Part shown: piece by piece, positions 47,619-58,825 of the stretch | Layout: each line of letters opens with the position of its first letter | Numbering within the stretch: the first letter of the stretch is position 1 | Assembly: GCA_965245755.1 (NCBI GenBank) | Contig: CBDFAU010000001.1 | Span: forward strand, 54,854 to 118,853 | Reading direction: 5' to 3' | From: Streptococcus mitis | Lineage (GTDB): Bacteria; Bacillota; Bacilli; Lactobacillales; Streptococcaceae | DNA length: 64,000 bases | The notes under the pieces: model-generated | Databases searched by the model: none | What the model was told of the DNA's origin: nothing | The model's input: the letters and a program-made list of their open reading frames with translations, nothing else | Program-made: the position numbers and the translations under genes

Positions 47619-49319
47619 ATGGAGAAAATCAGTTTAGAATCTCCTAAGACGGGGTCGGACCTAGTTTTGGAAACACTTCGTGATTTAGGAATTGATACCA
47701 TCTTTGGTTATCCTGGTGGTGCAGTCTTGCCTTTTTATGATGCGATATATAATTTTAAAGGCATTCGCCACATTCTAGGACGCCATGAGCAAGGTTGTCT
47801 GCATGAAGCTGAAGGTTATGCCAAATCAACTGGAAAGTTGGGTGTTGCCGTCGTCACTAGTGGGCCGGGAGCAACAAATGCCATTACAGGGATTGCAGAT
47901 GCCATGAGCGATAGCGTTCCCCTTTTGGTCTTTACAGGTCAGGTGGCGCGAGCAGGTATTGGGAAGGATGCCTTTCAGGAGGCAGACATCGTGGGAATTA
48001 CCATGCCAATCACTAAGTACAATTACCAAGTTCGTGAGACAGCTGATATCCCTCGAATCATTACGGAAGCTGTCCATATCGCAACTACAGGACGTCCAGG
48101 GCCAGTCGTAATTGACCTACCTAAAGACGTATCTGCTTTAGAAACAGACTTCATCTATTCACCAGAAGTGAACCTACCAAGCTATCAGCCGACTCTTGAG
48201 CCTAATGATATGCAAATCAAGAAAATCTTGAAGCAATTATCCAAGGCTAAAAAGCCAGTCTTGCTAGCTGGTGGTGGAATTAGTTATGCTGAAGCAGCTG
48301 CAGAATTAAATGAATTTGCTGAACGCTATCAAATTCCAGTGGTAACCAGTCTTTTGGGACAAGGAACGATTGCAACGAGTCATCCACTCTTCCTTGGAAT
48401 GGGAGGTATGCACGGGTCATTCGCAGCTAATATTGCCATGACGGAAGCTGATTTTATGATTAGTATTGGTTGTCGTTTCGATGACCGCTTGACGGGGAAT
48501 CCTAAGACTTTCGCTAAGAATGCTAAGGTTGCTCACATTGATATTGATCCAGCTGAGATTGGTAAGATTATCAGTGCAGATATTCCTGTAGTTGGAGATG
48601 CTAAGAAGGCTTTGCAAATGTTGTTGGCAGAACCAACAGTTCATAACAATACTGAAAAATGGATTGAGAAAGTTACTAAAGACAAGAACCGTGTTCGTTC
48701 TTATGACAAGAAAGAGCGTGTGGTCCAACCGCAAGCCGTTATTGAACGAATTGGTGAACTGACGAATGGAGATGCCATTGTGGTAACAGACGTTGGTCAA
48801 CACCAAATGTGGACAGCCCAGTATTATCCATACCAAAATGAGCGTCAGTTAGTGACTTCAGGTGGTTTGGGAACCATGGGATTCGGAATTCCAGCTGCAA
48901 TCGGTGCTAAAATTGCCAACCCGGATAAGGAAGTAGTTTTGTTCGTTGGAGATGGTGGTTTCCAAATGACTAACCAGGAATTGGCTATTTTGAACATTTA
49001 CAAGGTGCCAATCAAGGTGGTTATGCTGAACAACCACTCGCTTGGAATGGTTCGCCAGTGGCAGGAATCCTTCTATGAAGGTAGAACGTCAGAGTCAGTC
49101 TTTGATACCCTTCCTGATTTCCAATTGATGGCACAAGCTTATGGCATTAAAAACTATAAGTTTGACAATCCTGAGACCTTGGCTCAAGACCTTGAAGTCA
49201 TCACTGAGAATGTTCCTATGCTAATCGAGGTAGATATTTCTCGTAAGGAACAGGTGTTACCAATGGTACCAGCTGGTAAGAGTAATCATGAGATGTTGGG
49301 GGTGAAGTTCCATGCGTAG
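47619..49319 (+). CDS. ilvB: Acetolactate synthase large subunit
   Basis: 566 aa with the ThDP-enzyme pattern (GYPGGAVLP…, GGLGTMGFGIPAAIGA, GDGGFQM). Confidence 0.95.
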   Translation: MEKISLESPKTGSDLVLETLRDLGIDTIFGYPGGAVLPFYDAIYNFKGIRHILGRHEQGCLHEAEGYAKSTGKLGVAVVTSGPGATNAITGIADAMSDSVPLLVFTGQVARAGIGKDAFQEADIVGITMPITKYNYQVRETADIPRIITEAVHIATTGRPGPVVIDLPKDVSALETDFIYSPEVNLPSYQPTLEPNDMQIKKILKQLSKAKKPVLLAGGGISYAEAAAELNEFAERYQIPVVTSLLGQGTIATSHPLFLGMGGMHGSFAANIAMTEADFMISIGCRFDDRLTGNPKTFAKNAKVAHIDIDPAEIGKIISADIPVVGDAKKALQMLLAEPTVHNNTEKWIEKVTKDKNRVRSYDKKERVVQPQAVIERIGELTNGDAIVVTDVGQHQMWTAQYYPYQNERQLVTSGGLGTMGFGIPAAIGAKIANPDKEVVLFVGDGGFQMTNQELAILNIYKVPIKVVMLNNHSLGMVRQWQESFYEGRTSESVFDTLPDFQLMAQAYGIKNYKFDNPETLAQDLEVITENVPMLIEVDISRKEQVLPMVPAGKSNHEMLGVKFHA

Positions 49320-49788
49320 AATGTTAACAGCAAAACTACAAAATCGTTCAGGAGTCCTCAATCGCTTTACTGGTGTTCTGTCTCGTCGTCAGGTTAATAT
49401 CGAAAGTATCTCTGTTGGAGCAACAGAAGATCCGAATGTATCGCGTATTACCATTATTATTGATGTAGCTTCACATGATGAAGTGGAGCAAATCATTAAG
49501 CAACTCAATCGTCAGATTGATGTGATTCGCATTCGAGATATTACAGACAAGCCTCATTTGGAGCGCGAGGTGATTTTGGTTAAGATGTCAGCGCCAGCTG
49601 AGAAGCGAGCTGAGATTCTAGCGATTATTCAACCTTTCCGTGCAACGGTGGTAGACGTAGCGCCAAGCTCGATTACCATTCAAATGACAGGAAATGCAGA
49701 AAAGAGTGAAGCTCTATTGCGAGTCATTCGACCATACGGTATTCGCAATATTGCTCGAACTGGTGCAACTGGATTTACCCGCGATTAA
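49312..49788 (+). CDS. ilvN: Acetolactate synthase small (regulatory) subunit
   Basis: 158 aa, ACT domain (NRSGVLNRFTGVLSRR), 8-nt overlap with ilvB. Confidence 0.95.
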   Translation: MRRMLTAKLQNRSGVLNRFTGVLSRRQVNIESISVGATEDPNVSRITIIIDVASHDEVEQIIKQLNRQIDVIRIRDITDKPHLEREVILVKMSAPAEKRAEILAIIQPFRATVVDVAPSSITIQMTGNAEKSEALLRVIRPYGIRNIARTGATGFTRD

Positions 49789-49940
49789 TACTCTTCGAAA
49801 ATCTCTTCAAATCACGTCAGCTTTCCCTTGCCGTAGGTATATGTTACTGACTCCGTCAGTCTTATTTACCACCTCAAAGCAGTGCTTTGAGCAGTCTGTG
49901 GCTAGCTTCCTAATTTGCTCTTTGATTTTCATTGAGTATA
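49788..49940 (+). repeat. BOX element (boxA-boxB-boxC) between ilvN and ilvC
   Basis: ATACTCTTCGAAAATCTCTTCAAA…CGTCAGC… (boxA), TGACTCCGTCAGT…CCTCAAAGCAGTGCTTTGAGC (boxB) and GGCTAGCTTCCTAATTTGCTCTTTGATTTTCATTGAGTAT (boxC) match the pneumococcal/mitis BOX consensus as I recall it. Confidence 0.8.
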
Positions 49941-49981
49941 AAAATATTTTAAATTTGTTAATCCAGCCTAAAAGGCAATAA

Positions 49982-51028
<1,047 letters not shown>

Positions 51029-51049
51029 TTGATAGAAATTAAGGTGAAG

Positions 51050-51078
51050 GCGAGTTGGGGGGACCTAACTCGCTTTTA
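51050..51078 (+). terminator. ilvC terminator
   Basis: Stem GCGAGUU/AACUCGC with a 10-nt loop and a T-run. Confidence 0.5.
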
Positions 51079-51144
51079 TAATCAATTCAGCTTTCTTTTA
51101 AGAAGATGGATTGAGATAAGTATGAAATAGTCTAGGAGAAAAAG

Positions 51145-52395
51145 ATGTTAAGTTCAAAAGATATCATCAAGGCTCATAAGGTCTTGAATGGTGTGGTTGT
51201 GAATACACCGCTGGATTACGACCATTATTTATCGGAGAAGTATGGTGCTAAGATTTATTTGAAAAAAGAAAATGCCCAACGTGTTCGCTCTTTTAAAATT
51301 CGTGGTGCCTATTATGCCATTTCCCAGCTCAGCAAGGAAGAACGTGAGCGTGGGGTAGTCTGCGCTTCTGCGGGGAATCATGCGCAGGGAGTTGCCTATA
51401 CTTGCAATGAAATGAAGATTCCTGCAACTATTTTCATGCCAATTACTACTCCGCAACAAAAAATTGGACAAGTTCGCTTTTTTGGTGGGGATTTCGTAAC
51501 CATTAAACTAGTTGGAGATACCTTTGATGCCTCAGCTAAAGCAGCTCAAGAATTTACACTCTCTGAAAACCGTACCTTTATTGATCCCTTTGATGATGCC
51601 CATGTTCAAGCTGGTCAAGGGACAGTTGCTTATGAGATTTTAGAAGAGGCTCGAAAAGAATCGATTGATTTTGATGCTGTTTTGGTCCCTGTTGGAGGCG
51701 GAGGTCTCATTGCTGGAGTTTCGACTTATATCAAGGAAACAAGTCCAGAGATTGAAGTTATTGGGGTAGAAGCTAATGGAGCGCGTTCCATGAAGGCTGC
51801 CTTTGAAGCTGGTGGACCTGTTAAGCTCAAGGAAATTGACAAATTTGCGGATGGGATTGCTGTGCAAAAGGTAGGTCAATTGACCTATGAAGCAACTCGT
51901 CAACATGTTCAAACTTTGGTAGGTGTCGATGAGGGATTGATTTCTGAAACCTTGATTGACCTCTATTCTAAGCAAGGGATTGTTGCAGAACCTGCTGGAG
52001 CGGCTAGTATCGCCTCTCTAGAGGTGTTGGCTGAATATATCAAGGGGAAAACCATTTGTTGTATCATTTCTGGAGGAAATAATGATATCAACCGTATGCC
52101 AGAAATGGAAGAACGTGCCTTGATTTATGATGGGATCAAGCATTACTTTGTGGTCAATTTTCCACAGCGTCCAGGGGCTTTGCGTGAGTTTGTAAATGAT
52201 ATCCTAGGACCAAATGATGATATCACACGATTTGAGTATATCAAACGAGCTAGCAAGGGGACAGGGCCTGTATTGATTGGAATCGCTTTGGCAGATAAGC
52301 ATGATTATGCAGGCTTGATTCGTCGAATGGAAGGTTTTGATCCATCTTATATTAACTTAAATGGTAATGAAACGCTCTATAATATGCTTGTCTGA
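51145..52395 (+). CDS. ilvA: Threonine dehydratase (biosynthetic)
   Basis: 416 aa with the PLP site FKIRGA and a C-terminal ACT-like regulatory domain. Confidence 0.95.
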   Translation: MLSSKDIIKAHKVLNGVVVNTPLDYDHYLSEKYGAKIYLKKENAQRVRSFKIRGAYYAISQLSKEERERGVVCASAGNHAQGVAYTCNEMKIPATIFMPITTPQQKIGQVRFFGGDFVTIKLVGDTFDASAKAAQEFTLSENRTFIDPFDDAHVQAGQGTVAYEILEEARKESIDFDAVLVPVGGGGLIAGVSTYIKETSPEIEVIGVEANGARSMKAAFEAGGPVKLKEIDKFADGIAVQKVGQLTYEATRQHVQTLVGVDEGLISETLIDLYSKQGIVAEPAGAASIASLEVLAEYIKGKTICCIISGGNNDINRMPEMEERALIYDGIKHYFVVNFPQRPGALREFVNDILGPNDDITRFEYIKRASKGTGPVLIGIALADKHDYAGLIRRMEGFDPSYINLNGNETLYNMLV

Positions 52396-52421
52396 GGACT
52401 AATAAAAAAATATCATATTAT

Positions 52422-52450
52422 TTGCACAACTGATGTATAGGTGCTATAAT
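52422..52450 (+). promoter_or_regulatory. Near-consensus sigma-70 promoter in the spacer after ilvA
   Basis: -35 TTGCAC (52422-52427), a 17-nt spacer, and an extended -10 TGCTATAAT (52442-52450). Confidence 0.5.
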
Positions 52451-52476
52451 GAGAGTGAAGAAAGGGGGCGATTCCT

Positions 52477-52524
52477 ATGGACTTAGGAAATCGATTACGC
52501 TATTTCTATCACAAGTCATTATAG
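52477..52524 (+). CDS. 15-codon ORF (MDLGNRLRYFYHKSL) behind the consensus promoter; status uncertain (micropeptide, leader or gene remnant)
   Basis: RBS AAGGGGG about 9 nt upstream of the ATG. Stop TAG at 52522-52524. Confidence 0.25.
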   Translation: MDLGNRLRYFYHKSL

Positions 52525-53177
52525 TACCTATTATTTTTTGATTGGGTTTATAGTAAGGGAGTAAAATTACTTGTTATATATAAGGAGTATTTTTAGAATC
52601 CACTATTTTATATATGTCTAATCTGAAATTTGGTTAAATATAATAGGAATTAGAAAAAATAATCAATACTAATGAGAAGCTTTATACTGAGTTAACTGAG
52701 AAGAGTGATAAGATACTAAGAAGATAAAAACAGTGGAAGATGTTGGAAGATAAGATACTATGGTTTCCTAACTACTCATCTTTTTATAGGTTTGAAGAAA
52801 TAAAAAGGAATCCTGATAAAGTAAATAAATAGTACCAGTTGAGCAAGTGAAAAGTGCTTATAAAGGCAGGAAGAATATCAAAGAAGGAGAAGAGAAATAA
52901 TAGTTAGTAATAGTGTGGAGAGAAAGTCTTCTGCTATTAGAAATATCATTTTAAAGTTAGGTAAATAGAATAAAGTTGAAGATAAAACCTGTCTAATCTA
53001 TCAAGAATTGGTATTTGTAAAGTATGAATATTTTTACAAACAAAAGAGTTAATAATACAATTATTTTAAAGGTGTTTACTAATGGTTTATAGTAATTAAA
53101 AACCTATATATTATCGGCTTTAATAAGATAGTAACAGAAAAATAAATCATTAATTTTATTGAATATATGTTTTTTTA

Positions 53178-53206
53178 TTGACAAAAGGCATAAAAACGTA
53201 TACAAT
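53178..53206 (+). promoter_or_regulatory. Promoter of the 71-aa ORF
   Basis: -35 TTGACA (53178-53183), a 17-nt spacer, and -10 TACAAT (53201-53206). Confidence 0.55.
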
Positions 53207-53239
53207 TAAATATCGTAAAGAAGAAAATAGGAGAAGGAC

Positions 53240-53455
53240 ATGGCTAAGTCAAACTTTGAAAAAGTAGAATCAGTTGTTGGCTGGGTTCGTGATAAGAAGA
53301 TCACAGGCTACCGTATCTCTAAAGAAACGAATGCGCGTGAAATGTCTATCATTGCTCTAGCGCAGGGGCGTGCAAAAGTAAAAAATATTTCGTTTGAAAC
53401 AGCTCTAGGTTTAATTGATTTCTATGATAAAAATCATGAAAAATTTGAAGATTAA
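53240..53455 (+). CDS. Small hypothetical protein (possible HTH)
   Basis: 71 aa, RBS AGGAGAAGG, with its own consensus promoter and a weak downstream hairpin. Confidence 0.5.
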   Translation: MAKSNFEKVESVVGWVRDKKITGYRISKETNAREMSIIALAQGRAKVKNISFETALGLIDFYDKNHEKFED

Positions 53456-53511
53456 TCTTTGGATAATGGCGGATTCTTGAATAAGGTCTGCCTTTTCATT
53501 TTTTGGCTAGT

Positions 53512-53537
53512 AAAAAGACTGCACGGTTGATGCAGCC
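53512..53537 (-). terminator. Terminator of the amino-acid ABC operon (- strand)
   Basis: On the - strand: stem GGCUGCA/UGCAGUC with a 7-nt loop, followed by T5. Confidence 0.55.
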
Positions 53538-53545
53538 TTTTCTTT

Positions 53546-54286
53546 TTATTTGAGATAACGTTGAAGGAATTCTTTTGTACGTTCTTCTTTAGGATTGGTG
53601 AAGAGGTCTTCTGGTTTGCCTTCTTCAGCAATCACGCCCTTATCCATAAAGATAACACGGTGAGAGACATCACGGGCAAATTCCATTTCGTGAGTCACTA
53701 CAATCATAGTCAAGCCTTCCTGAGCTAGATCTTGCATGATTTTAAGGACTTCTCCAACCATTTCTGGATCGAGAGCTGACGTTGGTTCATCAAAGAGAAT
53801 AGCGTCAGGATTCATAGAGAGGGCGCGTGCAATAGCTACACGTTGTTTTTGACCACCTGAGAGTTGTTTTGGTTTGGCTTGCCAGTAGCGTTCTCCCATG
53901 CCGACTTTTTCCAAGTTTTCTTTGGCAATCTTTTCAGCTTCTGTACGTTCACGTTTAAGGACAGTTGTCTGAGCGACGATTGTGTTTTCAAGGACGTTGA
54001 GATTTTCAAAGAGGTTAAAGGATTGGAAAACCATCCCTAACTTTTCACGGTATTGCGTGAGGTCATAGCCTTTTTCGAGGACGTTTTGTCCATGATAAAG
54101 GATTTCTCCATCAGTTGGTGTTTCAAGTAGGTTAATAGAGCGTAGGAAGGTCGATTTCCCGCTTCCAGAGCTTCCGATGATAGAGATGACCTCTCCCTTG
54201 TGGACAGTGAGTGAAATGTCTTTTAGCACTTCGTTTTGTCCATAGGATTTTTTGAGGTGTTTAATTTCAAGGATTGCTTGTGTCAT
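53546..54286 (-). CDS. Polar amino acid ABC transporter ATP-binding protein (GlnQ-like)
   Basis: Walker [10 protein letters not shown], signature LSGGQKQR, Walker [12 protein letters not shown]. Confidence 0.9.
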   Translation of the reverse strand: MTQAILEIKHLKKSYGQNEVLKDISLTVHKGEVISIIGSSGSGKSTFLRSINLLETPTDGEILYHGQNVLEKGYDLTQYREKLGMVFQSFNLFENLNVLENTIVAQTTVLKRERTEAEKIAKENLEKVGMGERYWQAKPKQLSGGQKQRVAIARALSMNPDAILFDEPTSALDPEMVGEVLKIMQDLAQEGLTMIVVTHEMEFARDVSHRVIFMDKGVIAEEGKPEDLFTNPKEERTKEFLQRYLK

Positions 54287-55851
54287 TATTTCAAATCCTC
54301 CGTTTGCATTTGGTTAGCACCTGTAGTATAGGTATCCATGTCCATGCGGCGTTCGATGAAGCGTAGGATACGTGTTACGGTGAAGGTGAGGACAAAGTAA
54401 ATCACGGCGATGATTGTAAATGTCTGGAAGTATTGATAGGTTTGCGTTGCCACTGTATTTCCTGAGAAATAAAGTTCGACAACAGAGATAACGTTCAATA
54501 CAGATGTATCTTTGATATTGATGACAAATTCATTCCCAGTTGCTGGTAGGATGTTACGGACTACCTGAGGGAGGACAATCTTACGCATGGTCTGGTTATG
54601 GGTCATACCAAGAGCAGTCGCAGCTTCAAATTGTCCCTTGTCAACTGCTAGGATACCACCACGGACGATTTCAGTCATGTAGGCACCAGTATTAATCGAA
54701 ACGATGAAGATAGCAGCCAGTGTGCGGTCAAGGTTGATACCGAAAGCTTGGGCAGTTCCATAGTAGATAACCATCGATTGAACAATCATTGGTGTACCAC
54801 GGAAAATTTCAATGTAGACATTGAGGATCCAGCCGACTAGTTTTTGTAAGCCATAAATGGCTTTATTCTCAGAGAGGGGAGCAGTACGGAAAACACCAAT
54901 GGCAAGTCCAATAATGAGACCTGTGATGGTTCCCACGATAGAGATTAAAAGAGTGATACCAGCACCACGCAAGAGTTGTTGCCAGTTTTCAGAAAGAATT
55001 TTAGCGACTTGGCTAAAGAAACTACTGCTAGTCTCTTCAGTTGTTGTAGCTTCGGCAGGTTGTTCCTTGATCATACGATCCATCAAGGCAACTTGGTCGT
55101 CTTTTGAAATGGTTTCAATGCTGGCATTGATTTGGCTAATACGATTGTCATCTTTACGAAGTCCAATGGCAATAGCTGTATCTTCTTCTCCAGTTTTAAA
55201 ACCTGGCTCTACTTGAACCATTTTAAACTTAGAGTTCGCAGCTTCAGCAGTCAGTGCTTCTGGGCGTTCAGAAACATAAGCATCAATGACACCAGCCTCA
55301 AGAGCTTGGCGCATTTGAGCGAAGTCTCCCATGGCTGTTTCTTTTTTAGCACCTGGGATTTGTGCAATCAAGTCATAAAGGTAGACACCTTGTTGAGAAG
55401 TGATTTTTGCACCGTTAAAGTCATCCAAAGATTTAGCATTTGCGTAGGCAGAATCTTTTTTGACTAGTAGGACAGGTTCGCTAGTGTAGTAGCTACTTGA
55501 AAAGGCAATTTCTTGTTTACGCTCGGCAGTAGGACTCATACCTGCGATAATCATGTCGATCTTACCAGAAGTAAGGGCAGGAACTAGGCCTTCCCACTTT
55601 GTTTTAACAACCAAAGGTTCTTTACCTAAGTCCTTAGCGATTTTCTTAGCGATTTGAACATCGTATCCGTTAGCATACTGGTTAGTCCCATCGATTTTGA
55701 CAGCCCCATTGCTATCATCATCCTGGGTCCAGTTAAAGGGAGCATATGCTGCTTCCATCCCGATGCGTAAATATTCATCGGCTTTGGCAACATTGACAAG
55801 TCCCAGCATCAGCAAGAGACTTGTGAAAATAGATAAGTATATTTTTCTCAT
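54286..55851 (-). CDS. Fused amino-acid substrate-binding protein/permease (GlnPH-like)
   Basis: Signal peptide, a type-3 SBP domain, then a permease with an EAA-like loop ([17 protein letters not shown]). 1-nt overlap with the ATPase gene. Confidence 0.9.
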   Translation of the reverse strand: MRKIYLSIFTSLLLMLGLVNVAKADEYLRIGMEAAYAPFNWTQDDDSNGAVKIDGTNQYANGYDVQIAKKIAKDLGKEPLVVKTKWEGLVPALTSGKIDMIIAGMSPTAERKQEIAFSSSYYTSEPVLLVKKDSAYANAKSLDDFNGAKITSQQGVYLYDLIAQIPGAKKETAMGDFAQMRQALEAGVIDAYVSERPEALTAEAANSKFKMVQVEPGFKTGEEDTAIAIGLRKDDNRISQINASIETISKDDQVALMDRMIKEQPAEATTTEETSSSFFSQVAKILSENWQQLLRGAGITLLISIVGTITGLIIGLAIGVFRTAPLSENKAIYGLQKLVGWILNVYIEIFRGTPMIVQSMVIYYGTAQAFGINLDRTLAAIFIVSINTGAYMTEIVRGGILAVDKGQFEAATALGMTHNQTMRKIVLPQVVRNILPATGNEFVINIKDTSVLNVISVVELYFSGNTVATQTYQYFQTFTIIAVIYFVLTFTVTRILRFIERRMDMDTYTTGANQMQTEDLK

Positions 55852-55989
55852 GATTTCTCCTATTTCTAATCTATTAAAAAATAACTGTCTCCTATTTTAT
55901 CGAAAAAAACTTTATTTTTCAATATAGGTAAGCCCTTACTTATGAAAAAATGATATAATGATAGCAAAGATAAAAAGGGGGCTTAGTTG

Positions 55990-57879
55990 ATGAAAAAAAC
56001 TTTTTTCTTACTGGTGTTAGGCTTGTTTTGCCTTCTGCCACTCTCTGTTTTTGCCATTGATTTCAAGATAAACTCTTATCAAGGAGATTTGTATATTCAT
56101 GCAGACAATACGGCAGAATTTAGACAGAAGATAGTTTACCAGTTTGAGGAGGACTTTAAGGGTCAAATTGTGGGACTTGGACGTGCTGGCAAGATGCCTA
56201 GTGGATTTGATATTGATCCTCATCCAAAGGTTCAGGCTGCGAAAAATGGTGCTGAACTAGCAGACGTTACTAGCGAAGTGATAGAAGGATCAGATGGTTA
56301 TACTGTTAAAGTTTATAATCCAGGTCAAGATGGCGACACAGTTGAAGTTGACCTCACATGGAACTTAAAAAATTTGCTTTTTCTATATGATGACATCGCT
56401 GAATTAAATTGGCAACCTCTGACAGATAGTTCAGGAGCTATTGGCAAGTTTGAATTCCATGTAAGGGGAGATAAGGGGGTTGAAAAACTCTTTTTCCATA
56501 CAGGTAAACTTTTTAGAGAGGGAACGATTGAAAAGAGTAACCTTGATTATACTATCCGTTTAGACAATCTTCCGGCTAAGCGTGGAGTTGAATTGCACGC
56601 CTACTGGCCTCGAACTGATTTTGCTAGCGCTAGGGATCAGGGATTGAAAGGCAATCGTTTAGAAGAGTTTAATAAGATAGAAGACTCGATTTTTAAAGAA
56701 AAAGAGCAAAGTAAACAACTCGTTACTTGGGTCTTCCCTTCGATACTTTCTATCTCCTTGTTATTGAGTATTTGCTTTTATTTTATTTATAGAAGAAAGA
56801 CCACTCCTTCGGTCAAATATGCCAAAAATCATCGTATCTATGAACCACCAATGGAATTAGAGCCTATGGTTTTATCAGAGGCTGTCTACTCTACCTCCTT
56901 GGAGGAAGTGAGTCCCTTGGTCAAGGGAGCTGGAAAATTCACCTTTGATCAACTTATTCAAGCTACCTTGCTAGATGTGATAGACCGTGGAAATGTCTCT
57001 ATCATTTCAGAAGGAGATGCAGTTGGTTTGAGGTTAGTAAAAGAAGATGGTTTGTCAGGCTTTGAGAAAGACTGTCTAGATCTGGCTTTTTCAGGCAAAA
57101 CAGAAGAAATTCTTTCCAATTTGTTTGCGGATTACAAGGTATCTGATAGCCTTTATTGTAGAGCAAAAGTCTCTGATGAAAAACGGATTCAAGCAAAGGG
57201 GCGTCAGCTCAAATCTTCTTTTGAAGAAGTATTGAACCAGATGCAAGAAGGAGTGAGAAATAGAGTTACCTTATGGGGGCTTCCAGATTACTACCGTCCT
57301 TTAACTGGTGGGGAAAAGGCCTTGCAGGTGGGTATGGGACTCTCCACTATCTTGCCCTTATTTATTGGATTTGGTTTGTTCTTGTACAGTTTAGACGTTC
57401 ATGGCTATCTTTACCTCCCCTTGCCTATACTTGGTTTTCTAGGTTTGGTTTTGGCTGTTTTCTATTATTGGAAGCTTCGACTAGATAATCGTGATGGTGT
57501 ACTGAATGAAGCAGGGGCAGAAGTCTACTATCTCTGGACTAGTTTTGAAAATATGTTGCGTGAGATTGCACGATTGGATCAGGCTGAATTGGAAAGTATT
57601 GTGGTCTGGAATCGCCTCTTGGTCTATGCGACCTTATTTGGCTATGCGGACAAGGTCAGCCATTTGATGAAGGTTCATCAGATTAAAGTGGGAAATCCAG
57701 ATATCAATCTCTATGTAGATTATGGCTGGCACGGTATGTTTTATCATTCAAGCGCGCAAATGAGCCATTATGCCAGCATCGCAAACACAGCAAGTACCTA
57801 TTCCGTATCTTCTGGAAATGGAAGTTCTGGCGGTGGCTTCTCCGGAGGTGGAGGTGGTGGCAGTATCGGTGCCTTTTAA
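55990..57879 (+). CDS. DUF2207-family membrane protein
   Basis: Signal peptide, a large extracellular domain, TM segments and a Gly-rich tail (SSGGGFSGGGGGGSIGAF). ATG at 55990, 8 nt after GGGGG. Confidence 0.7.
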   Translation: MKKTFFLLVLGLFCLLPLSVFAIDFKINSYQGDLYIHADNTAEFRQKIVYQFEEDFKGQIVGLGRAGKMPSGFDIDPHPKVQAAKNGAELADVTSEVIEGSDGYTVKVYNPGQDGDTVEVDLTWNLKNLLFLYDDIAELNWQPLTDSSGAIGKFEFHVRGDKGVEKLFFHTGKLFREGTIEKSNLDYTIRLDNLPAKRGVELHAYWPRTDFASARDQGLKGNRLEEFNKIEDSIFKEKEQSKQLVTWVFPSILSISLLLSICFYFIYRRKTTPSVKYAKNHRIYEPPMELEPMVLSEAVYSTSLEEVSPLVKGAGKFTFDQLIQATLLDVIDRGNVSIISEGDAVGLRLVKEDGLSGFEKDCLDLAFSGKTEEILSNLFADYKVSDSLYCRAKVSDEKRIQAKGRQLKSSFEEVLNQMQEGVRNRVTLWGLPDYYRPLTGGEKALQVGMGLSTILPLFIGFGLFLYSLDVHGYLYLPLPILGFLGLVLAVFYYWKLRLDNRDGVLNEAGAEVYYLWTSFENMLREIARLDQAELESIVVWNRLLVYATLFGYADKVSHLMKVHQIKVGNPDINLYVDYGWHGMFYHSSAQMSHYASIANTASTYSVSSGNGSSGGGFSGGGGGGSIGAF

Positions 57880-57940
57880 AGAGAACTGTCACAGACTAAA
57901 AAAATATGCTATAATGGAAGATAGAAAAAAGGAGTAATCT

Positions 57941-58786
57941 ATGTATCTTATTGAAATTTTAAAATCTATCTTCTTCGGTATTGTTGAAGGAATTACGGAA
58001 TGGCTGCCGATTTCAAGTACAGGTCACTTGATTTTAGCAGAGGAATTTATCCAATACCAAAATCAAAATGAAGTCTTTATGTCCATGTTTAATGTCGTGA
58101 TTCAGCTTGGTGCGATTTTGGCGGTTATGGTGATTTACTTTAATAAGCTCAATCCCTTTAAACCGGGTAAAGACAAGCAGGAAGTTCGTCGAACTTGGCA
58201 ACTGTGGTCTAAAGTTCTTGTAGCTACTTTACCTTTGCTTGCTGTATTTAAGTTTGATGATTGGTTTGATACTCACTTCCATAATATGGTTTCAGTTGCT
58301 CTCATGTTGATTATCTATGGGATTGCCTTTATCTATTTGGAAAAGCGCAATAAAGAGCGTGCTATCGAGCCAAGTGTAACAGAGTTGGATAAGCTTCCTT
58401 ATACGACAGCCCTCTATATCGGTCTTTTCCAAGTTCTTGCCCTTTTACCAGGAACGAGTCGTTCTGGGGCAACGATTGTCGGTGGTTTGTTAAATGGAAC
58501 GAGTCGTTCTGTTGTGACAGAATTTACCTTCTATCTTGGAATTCCTGTTATGTTTGGAGCTAGTGCATTAAAGATTTTCAAATTTGTAAAAGCAGGACAA
58601 CTCTTGAACTTTGGGCAATTGTTCTTGCTCTTGGTTGCGATGGGAGTAGCTTTTGCAGTCAGCATGGTGGCTATTCGCTTTTTGACCAGCTATGTGAAAA
58701 AACACGACTTTACCCTTTTCGGTAAATACCGTATCGTACTTGGTAGTGTCTTATTGCTTTATAGCTTTGTCCGTTTATTTGTATAA
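57941..58786 (+). CDS. uppP: Undecaprenyl-diphosphate phosphatase
   Basis: 281 aa with [11 protein letters not shown] and [10 protein letters not shown] motifs. Confidence 0.92.
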   Translation: MYLIEILKSIFFGIVEGITEWLPISSTGHLILAEEFIQYQNQNEVFMSMFNVVIQLGAILAVMVIYFNKLNPFKPGKDKQEVRRTWQLWSKVLVATLPLLAVFKFDDWFDTHFHNMVSVALMLIIYGIAFIYLEKRNKERAIEPSVTELDKLPYTTALYIGLFQVLALLPGTSRSGATIVGGLLNGTSRSVVTEFTFYLGIPVMFGASALKIFKFVKAGQLLNFGQLFLLLVAMGVAFAVSMVAIRFLTSYVKKHDFTLFGKYRIVLGSVLLLYSFVRLFV

Positions 58787-58787
58787 G

Positions 58788-58825
58788 AAAAACCTTGAAG
58801 GGGCAGCTCTTCAAGGTTTTAAAAT
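58788..58825. terminator. Bidirectional terminator between convergent uppP and dinB
   Basis: Perfect 10-bp stem AACCTTGAAG/CTTCAAGGTT (58791-58818), flanked by an A-run and a T-run. Confidence 0.7.

Noticed and set aside
49694-49981. 95-aa + strand ORF spanning the ilvN end and the ilvN-ilvC spacer
   Set aside because: Most of it is the BOX A-B-C repeat read as protein. It overlaps ilvN out of frame and has no RBS.
55697-55927. 76-aa + strand ORF upstream of the DUF2207 gene
   Set aside because: It is antisense to the signal-peptide region of the GlnPH-like gene and runs into its promoter. It is a shadow ORF.
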